A stretch of DNA of 64,000 bases from Octopus sinensis (lineage: Eukaryota). The stretch spans positions 15,066,001 through 15,130,000 of the forward strand of contig NC_043016.1 of the NCBI RefSeq assembly GCF_006345805.1. Reading direction: 5' to 3'. The position numbers were made by a program, and so were the translations under genes. Each line of letters opens with the position of its first letter. Position 1 is the stretch's first letter. Below the pieces are notes generated by a model. It was not told where the DNA came from. It did not search any database and worked only from the letters and a program-made list of their open reading frames with translations. Shown here piece by piece: positions 37,804 through 51,115 of the stretch.

Positions 37804-37964
37804 GTGAGTATATTATAGATATATATTTTTTTTTGCATGAAGATACCAAAATAAAAAGAATTAGTTTGTTAATCGTTACCGTGCAATCAGACAAGAACCT
37901 ATTTAACCGGCCGGTTATTCATCTCGCTACCAATATAATATAATACAATCTATTGTATATATAT

Positions 37965-37999
<35 letters not shown>

Positions 38000-40900
38000 A
38001 TGTGTGTATTCAAAAGCAAACTATATTAGTAGATTTTTGTTGGAAGATAAAAATAAAAGAAACAAGGAAAAGAGCAACTGTTTAACTAATTTAATCCCAT
38101 TTATTGGAAATGTACATTTCTGTTGTCTCTTGTTTTGTAATTAAAGTTGTAATTAAGGTTGTTGCAGAAATACGGAAATGACTTCGTCAACACGAAGCGC
38201 TGCTACCCTTTTTCTTTCTTTTCTACACAGGCACATGGTTGTTATTAACTTGATGCAGTCTTTATTCAGAAATATGGCTGAGACCAAATTTATATTTTTT
38301 TCTATCAACAAAGATCTCTCTGATGTGGTCGCTCGACCTCCTATCTTTTTTTGTATCTCACCCAAAGCTCCTTTTATTCACGTAGTCCTAAAAAGATTAG
38401 TGAAGTCACAGCAGAAATATTTTTGACCATAGTTCTAGATGGGAGTTGGTCCTGGTGCTAAATAATTACTGCAGAGAAAAACAATTATAATAATAAAAAT
38501 ATAACAATTAGAAAATATGGCTGTTCACTTTTTCAAAGAAATATTGTGAAATGGTCGCAATTTGCTGAAGTTTCATTTATCGGCAGGAAACAGTTTTCCC
38601 ACTGTATTATTCTTCCCCCTAATTACACGGAACAAAACAACTTTTCAAAAGATTGCCAAGAGTATTTGCAGCACCAAAAACGATTTCTTTCTTCCTGAAT
38701 TTCAGAGGTGGCTGCTACTGTATCTGCCACATTTGAAGCAGGCACTCGTACGTTTATTTATTTACACATACGTATATATACACAAACTAAGTGTAGATAC
38801 TGTTTATGTATGTTGTTTGTATAATTAGGTTTTCAACAGAATGCGGCGATTGCGTGTCTGCTTTCATTTACCTTTCATTTTTAATGTTTACACTGATAAC
38901 CAGATGAGGAAGGCATAGCACACACGCACTCACACACACAAATCTTTCTCTCTCTATTACGTGTGTTTATGAATATACAGAAATGATTTATTGCATAAAT
39001 TTGGGAAATGGGAACAGTGGAAGATAATGACCCCTGTACTTGACTAGCGACTATAGCTTATCGACCCCGGAAGGATAAAAAAGACAAGTTTACCACGGTG
39101 AAATTTGAGCCTTAAGAGCCAGAACAAATATACTCCAACTCGCCAACCAATTCACCGCTTCTAGTAGTAGTAGTCGTAGCAGCAGCTGCAGCATCAATAA
39201 TAATAATAATAATAATTGGAAAATGAAATTGATATTTCGAAGATTTTTTTAAAAATAGAAACAGTTGGAAATTATACGCAATGTTAGTATTTTATTTATG
39301 AAGTTTTAATCCTGTTTAGCTTGAGTTTTAAGTCTGTTTAGTTGTATAAGATTCAGTTACGTGAATATTTCTTTTACTTAGGGGGTGGGGAAAAAAAAGG
39401 GTTCGGAAAGTTGGATATTCAGTTTCACTGTTGGAGCCAAAACATTTTAATTAAAATTCAGAGTCGTCTCCCCTGTTTTCGTGACTAGTTAATTATTTAA
39501 CAAATGGTTTTTGTATCCTGACTATGTACGTAATTTTAACTAATTAAAATATTTGGGTTCACTACATTAAGTATGCTAGAATCTCACTTAATTATTTGTT
39601 TTTATGCAGATTTTCCTCCCGTTATTCTCAAGACAAGGATAATTCAAAAAAGGACAAATGAGCTTGACTATATAGCATTTGTGCTATCTAGGTACCTAAC
39701 TGAACTCATATCATTTACAATCTACTTGCCCCTGTTCACGCCACCCCCACATGAGGATTCCCAACTCACTTGTCTCCATTTATTGCGTCCAACCTCCCAG
39801 AATTCATATTAATAACTATGCCCTACCCTCTTTTCACCCCTCTGGAATTTTGTCCCTGCTCATGTTTTCCCAAAGGTGATAACTTATAAAGATTCAAGGA
39901 AATCAATTTCATTGGTCTATGAAGATCCTGAATAATCCTGTACTGTCCTCTAGTCCCAGCAAGTTAAAAAGGGAAAACCCATAGGGTATTGTTAACTTGA
40001 TATAAAATACTATTAGGGAGTTAGATGAAAGAAGTTTACCAGCTATACATACAAAGACTTATGGAACATTGGTGGTGATCTATATTTTTAGTTCACTTAC
40101 TTAAAATCTGCATATTTCCACATTTGTATATACAGCAGGCAAACCTCCTTCATCAGGATCCTTTATGATAAAATATGCCAAGTTTACCATGTTCTGTAGT
40201 TTTGTACTTAGAATATATTGTCTTAATTGACAAGGTTTTTTTTAACTAAAAACAACCTGTTTCCTTTTAGAACTGGTGCCTAATAAACTTATATGAATAA
40301 TTAGCATTTTTATGACACACACATGCATGTGTGTGTGTGTGAATTTAGAAAAAAATTATAGGCACATGCATTGTAAATGACAGGCACTTCTATTCCTGGT
40401 GTGGGAAGAAGTTTGCTTTGCAACCACACGGTTTCAGGTTCAGTGGCACCTTGGGCAAGTGTCTTTTTTTATAGCCTCAGGCTAATCAAAGCTTTGTGAG
40501 TGTATCTGATCAATCGGAAAATGTGTGTGTGTGTGTCTTTCTCTCCTTGTCTTGACATTGCGTAATAGTCATAAATAATTATCAGTCATGCATTGTCGAT
40601 CAGTCTGCAAGAACTTTTGACCATGGGGAAATATTAGAAACAGGTGAGGATTGTGACAGCAAGGGCATCCAACTATAGAAAATCTGCCTCAAATAAACTC
40701 TGTCCAGCCTATGCAAGCATAGAAAATGGATGTTAAAATGATGTTGATGATTATCCAAACTTAAATCTGTTCCAAATTTCTTAGAAATATTTGTCATGTT
40801 TTATTCCTAATCTTGATTTGTTAGTCCTTCAGTCCTTGGAGAGAATTCACATTGTGAATACAACTATCCACATTCTCAATCATCATCATATTAATTATGA

Positions 40901-41349
40901 GCGTTAGGAAGGGCATCCAGCTGTAGAAACTCTGCCAAACCAAGACTGGAGCCTGGTGCAGCCATCTGGTTTGCCAGCCCTCAGTCAAAATCGTCCACCC
41001 CATGCTAGCATGGAAAGCGGATGTTAAACGATGATGATGATGAGTAATGAAATTAAGCCAGTGCTTCATATTGCAAGTGATCTTGGTTAACTGGTTGTGG
41101 GGACTAGATAATTGAAAGATCTGTTCATTAAAGGATGGCACTGATATTCATAATATAACTTGTGTGTTAATGTATATTTTATTTAGTATATCCAAGTAAG
41201 GCAATACTGTATTGTTGCTGGCTTTATTTACCTTAGCCCTATGAAGCTACATTATTATGGAACAATCTTAATCTCAGTCCAAAATTAAAATTTTTAATGA
41301 GTAATTTTAAGAATATTCAGAACCACAGTTAGAAACTGTTTGGCAGCCC

Positions 41350-41655
41350 AGAATGAAACAACAGGGTAAAGACCCCCTTCGGTCATGACTGACCATGCAA
41401 TTGCACCTAGAAAGTTCCTCTTTGAGGCACAAATCTGGACAAGGTTGTTTATGGAAGACCAGCAGTCACCCATGCATGTCACCGTTATTATCCAAGGGAA
41501 AGACAAAGCTTGGCTCCAGTGACACCGCAACTCATTTCTACGGCTGAGTGAACTGGAGTAACGTGAAATAAAGTGTCTTGCTCAAGAACACAACACACAG
41601 TTTGGTCCAGATTTCAAACTCATTACCTCATGATTGTGAGCCCTGCACTCTAACC
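41350..41655 (-). mobile_element. tRNA-derived SINE family D (further copies near 11640-11820 and 16020-16190, minus)
   Basis: Shared cagctgagt..actggag...gaaataaagtgt..tgctcaagaacacaa body; the minus-strand head has A-box (TAGCTCAATGG) and B-box-like motifs. Confidence 0.7.
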
Positions 41656-41756
41656 ATTGAGCTATGCACGTTCATTGCTCTTTACCAAACAACAGGACCA
41701 CATTAGAAAATTACTATTTGTAATTCTCATAACAAGAGACATTCTTCAACAGTACT

Positions 41757-41883
41757 TTGGAGTAAAGATTGTTTGCCAACATAACATGGCAGTCCTGGTT
41801 TAGGATGAATGTTGCTGTAATTTAGCAACATTCGTCCTAAACCAGGACTGCCATGTTATGTTGGCAAACAGTCTTTACTCCAA
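41757..41883. repeat. 60-bp inverted repeat with a 7-nt loop
   Basis: 41757-41816 pairs with 41824-41883; two mismatches, both G-U wobbles in the + strand RNA. Confidence 0.95.
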
Positions 41884-43563
41884 CAGGACTACATATCAAA
41901 TGTACAAGCACACAAAACTTAATAAAACTGTCTTACATAAGCTAATTGAGTCAGTATTTTAAATATTTGGTAATCCTTGTTTTGCTATACAGGAATGTCT
42001 GTTTATACATTTTAGAAAGTTCTTCCAGCTATATTTTATGAATTCAACAAAATGATGTGGAAATTAGCAAAACAAATGCAATTGATATTATATTATGAAA
42101 TGCGACAAGCACTATTTAACCACTAAACACAAAGATTAGATTATGATAATAATTTGAAATTTTGAAAAGTAAATGTTTGGTTTAAAATTCATTCTGTATT
42201 TCTTACATAGTTTATGTGAATTATATTTCAAAAACAGTTTCTAAATTAACTGTTTTAAATTTCATCCGATGGAATTTTATTTGGTTTTTGGTTGTGTCAT
42301 TAAGATGGTTATGGCTAGATATCTATGGAAGTTATATATACCAGTATCTTGTAAGCGTTATCTGACAGTAAATTCAGACAAAGAACTGCAAAAGATTGTT
42401 TTAGTAAACAGACCCCAATGTGAACATGATCAGGGTTAAAGTACTAAGAAAGGGCCAGTCCTGCAGCCCAATCCTATCTTCCTTGCCCTGCCAGCTTTAT
42501 CATTGCTATTCTGTTGCCTCATCTCCGTTATAGACCCAGGTTTCACCAGTCACTGCATTCCTTACTTGCATATCCTTGGTGATCCTCTTCCTCGTGAGTG
42601 TATGCCCTGGCACATTCACCACCATATCTCTTTCTCTCTCTCCCTCCTTCTGTTATGCTCTTATCACCTGGCACAGAGCCACCTCCTTCAATACCGCCCC
42701 ACCTCTCAAAGGGTCTTTATCTTGCAAGATTCTTGGTCACTTCACTGGTGCTGGTATCACATAGAAAACATCCAGCCATACAAAATCCTGCCAAAATAAA
42801 CTGAAGCTTGGTGCAGTCCTTTGGCCTGTCAGCTCCTGTGAAATTGTCCAACCCATACCAGTATGGAAGAAGGACGTTAAATGATGATGAAGGTAAGCTT
42901 AAAAGTGAAAAGGTGATGATTAGTACAAAAAACTAAGTATGCGGTACAATCATTAGAAGACTGATGATACTAACATTTTAGAGATGTTATATCAACTAGT
43001 AGCTACCAGTCAATCTAATACACCTAAAATATTAGTGCACTATCAGATTGCTCAAGATCCTAATATGTACTTAGTCAGCTCTTTATACTGATCGTTTCCG
43101 GAAGTGGTAAATAGTCTGTTACCCATTTGGTAATTACTTCTTTTATATATTTGTAAAGAAGCTAATGCTGGCGCTTGAGCTGTTGATGATTTGTCTTGTG
43201 ACGAGTGTTTGAGAGATAGGATATTGAGAAAATTTAACCAACTGACATCTTTCTTTTCGAGTAGATTATGAGTAGTGTGGTGCTGTCTGAAAGGGAAAGA
43301 TGGTTAATAAATGCTGGCGTTCTGCAGTTATGGAATTTGAAGTAATTTTGTGTGTACCATAAATTGCTAGGATATTGACTGCAGTGGTGTGACTGCAAAG
43401 AAAATTAGCAATGGTTACAATGTTTTTTAAGATGGTTGAACTACAGAAATAAAGTCACACAGGAACAAGGCAGCCAGTATATTCAACTCCATGCTGGCAG
43501 AGACGTTGGATATAAAACAAAAATTTAAAGCATCATTTACTATTTTTTGTTTTTAAATTTTAG

Positions 43564-43669
43564 GTTGGGAACTATCTTCGACTGTTTCGAGGTTCACTTT
43601 ACAAGAAATATCCTTCCATGTGGCGCCGGCTGGTTACTGTGGAAGAAAGGAAAAAGATAGCAGCAATGG
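43564..43669 (+). CDS. SMARCB1: SMARCB1 exon 2
   Basis: ttttag| acceptor, G|gtaatt donor; [35 protein letters not shown] (winged-helix domain). Confidence 0.96.
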
Positions 43670-44031
43670 GTAATTAAAAAATTTTTTTTAAAAATTTATT
43701 AAATTTATTTGTAAGTTTCTCTAACATTTGGAAATTCACAAAACTACTTGTGATAGAATTTTATATATGTATATAAAATCGGTAAGTTATATAGAAGAAT
43801 CCAGAGTAAAAGACACTTTAAAAAGATGGAACTTGTCTAATGTTTTAGAAATGGTATATATGCAGATATGCTAGTTAGAATATTTATATTCTCATAAAAG
43901 ATTTTTTAGTAATTTTCATAAGTGTTTAAAAATTTCTTTTTAATTAATATTTATAAATTTTAGTTTGAACTTGTATTTATTTATAAATATAATTTTTTCC
44001 TTTTGTTTTTCTTTTCATTTTTATTTTGTAG

Positions 44032-44158
44032 GTTTTGGGCAACATACTCTTGCAACTAACATCACTTTGTTGAAAGCTCCAGAAGTAGATGAAATTTTTG
44101 AAGGAAATGATGACAAGTATAAAGCAGTATCTCTTTCCAGTGATCCCTTTCCCACGAG
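44032..44158 (+). CDS. SMARCB1: SMARCB1 exon 3
   Basis: ttgtag| acceptor, AG|gtttaa donor; (G)FGQHTLATNITLLKAPEVDEIFEGNDDKYKAVSLSSDPFPT. Confidence 0.95.
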
Positions 44159-44750
44159 GTTTAAATTTTGTTATTCTAAAATAAATTATTAAGTAGTATC
44201 TTTGTTCTTTCGATCAAATTATCTCAAGTTGCCTTTTTAAACCAAACCTGATAGATCTGGCATTTATATTTCAATCGATATCTTCTCACTGCATTTGTTA
44301 ACTTTAAATTTCATTAGTACAATGTACTAATGTTTCAAAGGACAAGCTGCAATTATTTATTCTAAATGATTTCATATGATTGATAAGTAATATAATCTCA
44401 ATGGAAAGGATCTTCATTGATAAAAATCTGATTTTTTTTTTTACCTTTTTTCTTTCTTTCTTTCTTTTTTCATTTGTAAAAGAAATTATTGCTGCAACTT
44501 GCTAAAATACTTCAAATAATTGAACAAGCAATATAATTTTTCCATTTTCAATAAAAATGTTAAAATACTTTGTAAATTATGTTCTTTCTAATTAATCTTT
44601 TGATGGAAATTTTCATTAATTCTTAAGCATCTCTGCAATTAAATGCATTTCTTTTATAGCTTGCTATTTTATACTTTATAAATATAACATTTCATTTCTG
44701 ATTTGTAAATTTTTTATGTTTCATTCTCTCTTTTTTTTTTACTTCCAAAG

Positions 44751-44885
44751 AGAAAACAAATCCAAGCGAAACAATTGGGTACCTGCTCTCCCTAGTAGTT
44801 CACATCATTTAGATGCTGTACCATGTTCCACACCTATCAATCGCAATCGGCTTGGAAAGAATAAAATGAGAACATTTCCATTATG
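44751..44885 (+). CDS. SMARCB1: SMARCB1 exon 4
   Basis: ccaaag| acceptor, TG|gttagt donor; (R)[44 protein letters not shown]. Confidence 0.96.
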
Positions 44886-45639
44886 GTTAGTGCTAAGATT
44901 TTATATTTCATCGTCATCATTTAACATCCATTCTCCATGCTGACATGGGTTGGACAGTTTAGCCGAAGCTGGCCAGCAGAAGAGCTGCCTGGGCTCCATT
45001 TCTGTTTTTTAAAGGGTTTCCTGATGCCATCCACTTTACAGAGTGTACCAGGTACTTTTTACATGGCACCAACACCCATGAGCCCACAAGATTAGGCATG
45101 TTCGGGGACATGCAAGTACAACCATGATTTTACTTAGCTTGATGTGGCTTCTCAGTTACAGCAAGCTGCCAGATGTTTCGGTCCCTTGTCATCTCCTCTC
45201 TGAGCCCCAACATCTGAAGATTCTTTCTCATAGCTATATTCATTGTCATCATTTTAACTTATCCATGTTTTCATGGGTCAGATGAAATTTGTTGAGGCAG
45301 ACTTTTCTATGGCTGGATGCTTTTCTTATTGCCATCCCCCACTTTTTTTCCACCCAAGATATTATCTCTTCTAGTGCTTCAGACATGAACAGATCAGTAG
45401 CCAGACATGTTTTCATGAAATATTGCAAACATAGTTGGTTTCTTTCGGATAAGGTTATCAGATTTGCTCACAAGGCTTTTGTTGGCCCAGGGCTATACAG
45501 TATAAGGAACTTGCCTAAAGTACCACTTTATGAGGGGACTACTCAAAGGTAACCAGAAACGTTCTCTGTGGGACAAGCCACTAGAATCCACTTGATGTGA
45601 CCCTCTGGCATCACTCTGCCAACTGGTGGCACCAAGTGA

Positions 45640-46700
45640 TGTCTTACTGCCATGTGGTGTGTCTTTGTCTTGCAGTGCTTCTCCCCTGTTCATCAATTTT
45701 TGTGGTGGCTGAAATGAAGGAACAGTGTGCCTTCATGAAATTCCATTTTCTGCTGGGTAAAATGGTGGCCAGATGTTGCCATGAGCAAAACAAGTTTATG
45801 AGTAGTTTTCATGCTTTAAGAATGGTCACTTGTTGCTTGAAGAGCAACCTTGTTCAGGACGACCGTTCACCTCCTAAATAAATGAAAATTCATGAACTGA
45901 TCTTGAAGGACCATCACTGAACAACAGTTGATATGACTGGTGTATCCTGGATCTCCTGCCAACGAATTTTGAGCGAGGAGTTGCAGCAAAATTTATGCCT
46001 TGCTTGCTCACAGAAGATCAAAAGCAGTCATTAGTGTGTTGTGAACTGAATGAACAGTTGGAAGTTGATCTGGACCTATTTTTTTTTTGAAGGTCATCAC
46101 TAGTGACAAAAGCTGGTGCTACAGCTACAGCCTGGGAACATTGAAAGTATTTGATGTCACCATGCCCCTCAAAAGCACATCAAATAAAGTCCAATGTGAA
46201 GATGATGCTGGTTTGTTTCATTGATGCGAAAGGAATTGTTCACACAGAATTTGTTCCTCCTGGTCAAACTATTGACCGGACATTTTATTTGGCAGTTCTG
46301 AAGCATTTGTGAGGCGCAGTTAGATGAAAACGCCCCGACCCATAGCAAAGTGGAGGGTGGTGATTTCAATTTCATCACAACAATGTGTCTGAGCACATTG
46401 CCTTGAATGTGAGACAATTTTTAGCTAAAAATGGCTTACCCACCCTCCCTATTTGCCCGATCCTACTCCCTGCAACTTTCTTTTGTTTCCCTGAATGAAA
46501 AAAGTCCTTAAAGGAAAACGTTTTGCAGATGTGGAAAAGGTGAAGAAAAAAAAACAATGGAGACATTAAAAGGCATCACAAGAGTTCCAGCGTTACTTCA
46601 AACAGCAGAAAATGCATCTGGATCGATGCATTGCTTCAAATGGAGAATACTTTGAAGGCGATAAAAGTGTAACATGTAAAACTAAGTGAATAAAATGTGT
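45640..46700 (+). mobile_element. Decayed mariner transposase
   Basis: MKEQCAFMKFHFLLGK N-terminus; ITSDKSWCY, KSNVKMMLVCFIDAKGIVHTEFVPPGQT and P.PT.CNF.LF..MKK.LKGKRF segments with frameshifts. Confidence 0.85.
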
Positions 46701-47024
46701 CCTATGCTTATTTAAGATGATAGGATGATCCGGTTGTTATTTCTAGCAGGTTGACCAAACAAATAGTGGGTTTTCTCTTGGCTCATTGTAACCTTGTGTA
46801 TGAATATAGTTGTTGATTGGTGTCTCTTACTACTGGAAGCGATGATATAAGTTTATGGGAAGTCAGCTTTCATTATTTGTTAGGTATTGAACCAAGAAGC
46901 TACTTCATTAGAGATAGGTCATTAGCTGAATGAGGTACTATGATATAATTTTTAAAATTTTACTTTGTTTTTCTTCACAAACTAAGTATTTGTATTTATC
47001 AACCTTCAATTGTTCTGCTTTTAG

Positions 47025-47152
47025 TTTTGATGACACAGATCCCTCACAAATACACGAAAACGCTTCTACTGCTGAAGTGTTAATTCCAATCCGTTTAGAC
47101 ATGGAGTTTGATGGTCAAAAGTTACGAGATTGTTTCACTTGGAATAAAAACG
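47025..47152 (+). CDS. SMARCB1: SMARCB1 exon 5
   Basis: ttttag| acceptor, G|gtaagc donor; (C)[42 protein letters not shown]; start of SNF5 repeat 1; 128 nt. Confidence 0.97.
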
Positions 47153-47316
47153 GTAAGCAAATACTCGTTTATTGTTTTCCTTTTTGTTTATTCAGCATTA
47201 ATTTCCTTGTAAATATTTATCATCCTTTGTTTTTAGTTGTATCTTTGTGAACAGTAAAAGAAATTTGGATAAATTGAAAAATTGTAATGAATTTTTTTTT
47301 TTGTGTTCCTAAACAG

Positions 47317-47483
47317 AAGCCCTTATATCACCTGAACAGTTTGCAGAAATATTGTGTGATGATTTGGACCTTAACCCACTCAACTTTGTTCCAGCTATTG
47401 CTCAGGCAATTCGGCAACAAATTGAAGCTTATCCGTTAGATAACCTTCTTGAAGAACAGGCAGATCAACGAGTTATTTTAAAG
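47317..47483 (+). CDS. SMARCB1: SMARCB1 exon 6
   Basis: aaacag| acceptor, AAG|gttaat donor; (E)[55 protein letters not shown]; 167 nt. Confidence 0.97.
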
Positions 47484-47746
47484 GTTAATTTTTCTTTCAA
47501 TAAGTTGGAATTCTTATCCAGTTTTTGCCACTGTTGACAATTTAATATATAACCATTATGTTAATAATCGTTTACAACTCTGTACACTCATCTCTACATA
47601 AGAATCTCTTTAATACTTGGAATATATTTTAAGAAAAAATTACGTTCATTTTTTTCCTCATCTTCACCTAAAAATGACATTGTTTGATTTATTCATTTTT
47701 TTAAAGTCTTTTTTTTCTTTCTTTTTTAATACTTTTACACTTCCAG

Positions 47747-47855
47747 TTAAACATTCATGTTGGTAACATCTCCTTGGTGGACCAGTTTGAATGGGACATG
47801 TCAGAGGTTGATAACAGCCCTGAAGAATTTGCTATAAAACTTTGTGCAGAGTTGG
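47747..47855 (+). CDS. SMARCB1: SMARCB1 exon 7
   Basis: ttccag| acceptor, G|gtgaga donor; [36 protein letters not shown] (SNF5 repeat 2). Confidence 0.97.
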
Positions 47856-50739
47856 GTGAGAAGTTAAATTATTTAACATTTTTTTTGTTTTTGGTGTTTC
47901 ACAATAGTGAATGTATGGTTAATTGTAATAAAGAGAAATATTATTTGTATGACTTTTCTCAATAGTTCTTCTGCCATAAGTTACCATCAGGAATCAACCA
48001 ATTTGGAGGAATTTCTGTAACCTGCTAGTTGATAATTTAACTAATTCCTTTGGTATTAAAAAAGAGTGGCTTCAAGTTTAAAGTTAAACTAACTAATCCA
48101 CATAGTTACGAGGAGTTCATATCTTTCTGCTGTCATTACTCTGAGCCAACGACTGATATTCAGTTTGTGTGACTGACCAAAAAAAAAAACACTCTTATTT
48201 CATAGTTGGTAGTTGGAAGGACATTCAGATGTAAAAACAAGTGTTTGATATGTACAGTACTATTCAGGAAAATTCTCAGCACATTGCCTATGGTAATGTG
48301 TTGATGAAGCTCTCTAACCTTTCTTCTCCACTTGCTCTTTCTTACAGTTTTGTTTGTAACTTTACGTCTTCACTTCATTATCTTCTTCAAATTCTTATCC
48401 TCAGTTAATAATCAGTTACTTATCATGGTATGCACCTTTTACATACATGACACCCTTATAATCCTATCACATCTTCAGCACATGTATCTACCTCAGCCTC
48501 ACCTACATATAATCTTATATTGTATCATTAATCAAGAATTAATCTTCTGTTATTGCTTTACCTGCTAAAAATAACTACCAAATTTCCCTCTGATCATACC
48601 TTTCTTAGAAAACAAAAGATATTTTGGAAACTTTAATGAAAACTAAATGACCTGAGGGTTACAGCTATAATGTCTTTGGTCTCACCTGGAATTGTCCCCT
48701 CTTTTATACAACAGTCCATTATATACCAGCCGATTCCTGAACCTGATGATTTTATGTTGTTTCCCTTAACTGTTTCATATCGTTGCCCTTACACACCAGT
48801 TCTGCATTAAGCATAACAGCCTATTCGTTTGTATAGTTGTCCTCTAATTTCAAGGCCTGTTAATGTTTTCTTCCATCAGCCAATAAGTCTACAACTTAAA
48901 TGGACGAGGTTATTAGTTATATCTGTGTAGGAAGAAAGTAACTGTTCTTGTTTTGACTGACTGACACATAAAGTGAGCATTGCATGTTCTAATCTAATAA
49001 GAATATTAATGTGAAACATTTTATAAACGGTTTTTCTTTGATTTAATCACTTTTCTTGTTTTCCTCGCAGAATGTTAAGTGCTGTAGGATATCTAGTTGT
49101 AAAGCATCGGTAATTTCCCTGAGTGTCATAATCTTCATCATTTAATGTCCATTGTCCATGCTGGTATGGGTTAGACATTTTGATAGAAACAGGCAGGCCA
49201 GAGAGCTGCACCAGACTCCAATTATCTGTTTTGGCATGGTTTCTATGCTGGATGCCCTTTCTAACGCCAACCATTTTACAGAGTATACTGGATGCTTTTT
49301 ATTTGGTACCAACACAGGTGCTTCAATTAATAGTACATTTGCACCTTTGGCAATTTTATTTATTCTTTTACTGAATTTTAAATCAGTATAAGAATAAATA
49401 AAATTTCTTTTAATTTTCATATCATTCTCAATAAGTTTAATTTAGTATTTTATTAACTTGGCTAAAATAATTACAGAACTCTCTTTTCTTGGCACAAAAA
49501 TTTATTCAGTTTTGTGAAAGTTATTCATGTTAGCATGTTGGACAAAATGCTTAGAAACATTTCTTCCAACTCTTAATGTTCTGAGTTCAAATTCTATTCA
49601 AGTCAATTTGCCTTCCATCCCTCAATAGCAATATCTCAGCATGGCCACTGCCCCTGTAAATGATAAAAGATATAACATTTTATTCTCATCAGATATTCAG
49701 TTTCTATTACACCTGTTAATATATCCAGTTAGCAGGAAAACATCCGTCATCCAAAGACCAATGGTTCTGTGTTTGAACTTCTGGTTCTGTACTATTATGT
49801 TTTCCATTACATTGAGTATATGTTCTGGATGAGAGTCATGCAATTTCCGTGGTATGCTGTATTGCAAGGGACAAAAGCCAAGCAATGTGGCTTAATATAT
49901 ATAAAATCCTGCACAGAAATGAAAGACAGCATGGAGAAGGTGGATATAGAAACTAAAAGACCCCACAGTTGGGAATAAATTTAGAGAAATGTTAATTGAT
50001 ATATATGACTGTAGGGAGGAAAACTTAGATATTGGAAATTTCTGTTAATAACCTGCTTAGGGCTAGAGATCAGAGATAGGTGGCTTGAGTAAAGTCTCAA
50101 CCAAACTGAAAGTGATGTGGTGATGGAAAGAGAAAGTCGATGGTGGGGGGTGGGATAAAAGCTGAGAAACAGGCTTAGAAGGGTGTAATAGAGAACATTA
50201 TCAAATGGCTAGAAGAGCAGCTAAGTGATAGGGATATTTGGCTAAGGGTGAGGTTAAAAGGGACGTGAGGATCAGAGGTGTAAAGTGATAAGGGTCGCTT
50301 GACATTGTGTGAGAGAGAATCGAGATGTCATTGGTGAGAAGTGTATTCAGAATGATGAAGGCACATTCATCCATTGATATTGGGACAAGAAAATGGTATG
50401 GAAGTAATGCTTATTATTTGAGGCTTTTTGAATGTGGAGAATATGTTGGATAAAGAGAATCTACCTCATGCTGACCATACATAGGAACAAGCAATTCCAG
50501 TTGATAGCAGTGTGGTGAATTAAGGACACAGAGAGGGGAAAGGCTGCAGAACCACCAGTTATGGAGATACACAAAATATTTGGCGAGAAACGATAAATGA
50601 TTACCAACCAGAAGTGATGCAGGAAGGTACCATACCTAATGAATGGCTTAGCTGCAGCATCTTAGATTGTTACGAAGGCAAATGAGATGTGCTGGAAAGA
50701 AATTACTAGGACATACAATGATTTGTAGCACAATTGATT

Positions 50740-51115
<376 letters not shown>

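Noticed and set aside
38838-38849. 12-nt match (agaatgcggcga, RMRR) to the SMARCB1 last exon after an acceptor-like AG in intron 1
   Set aside because: Similarity ends immediately and the position cannot serve as a terminal exon; most likely chance
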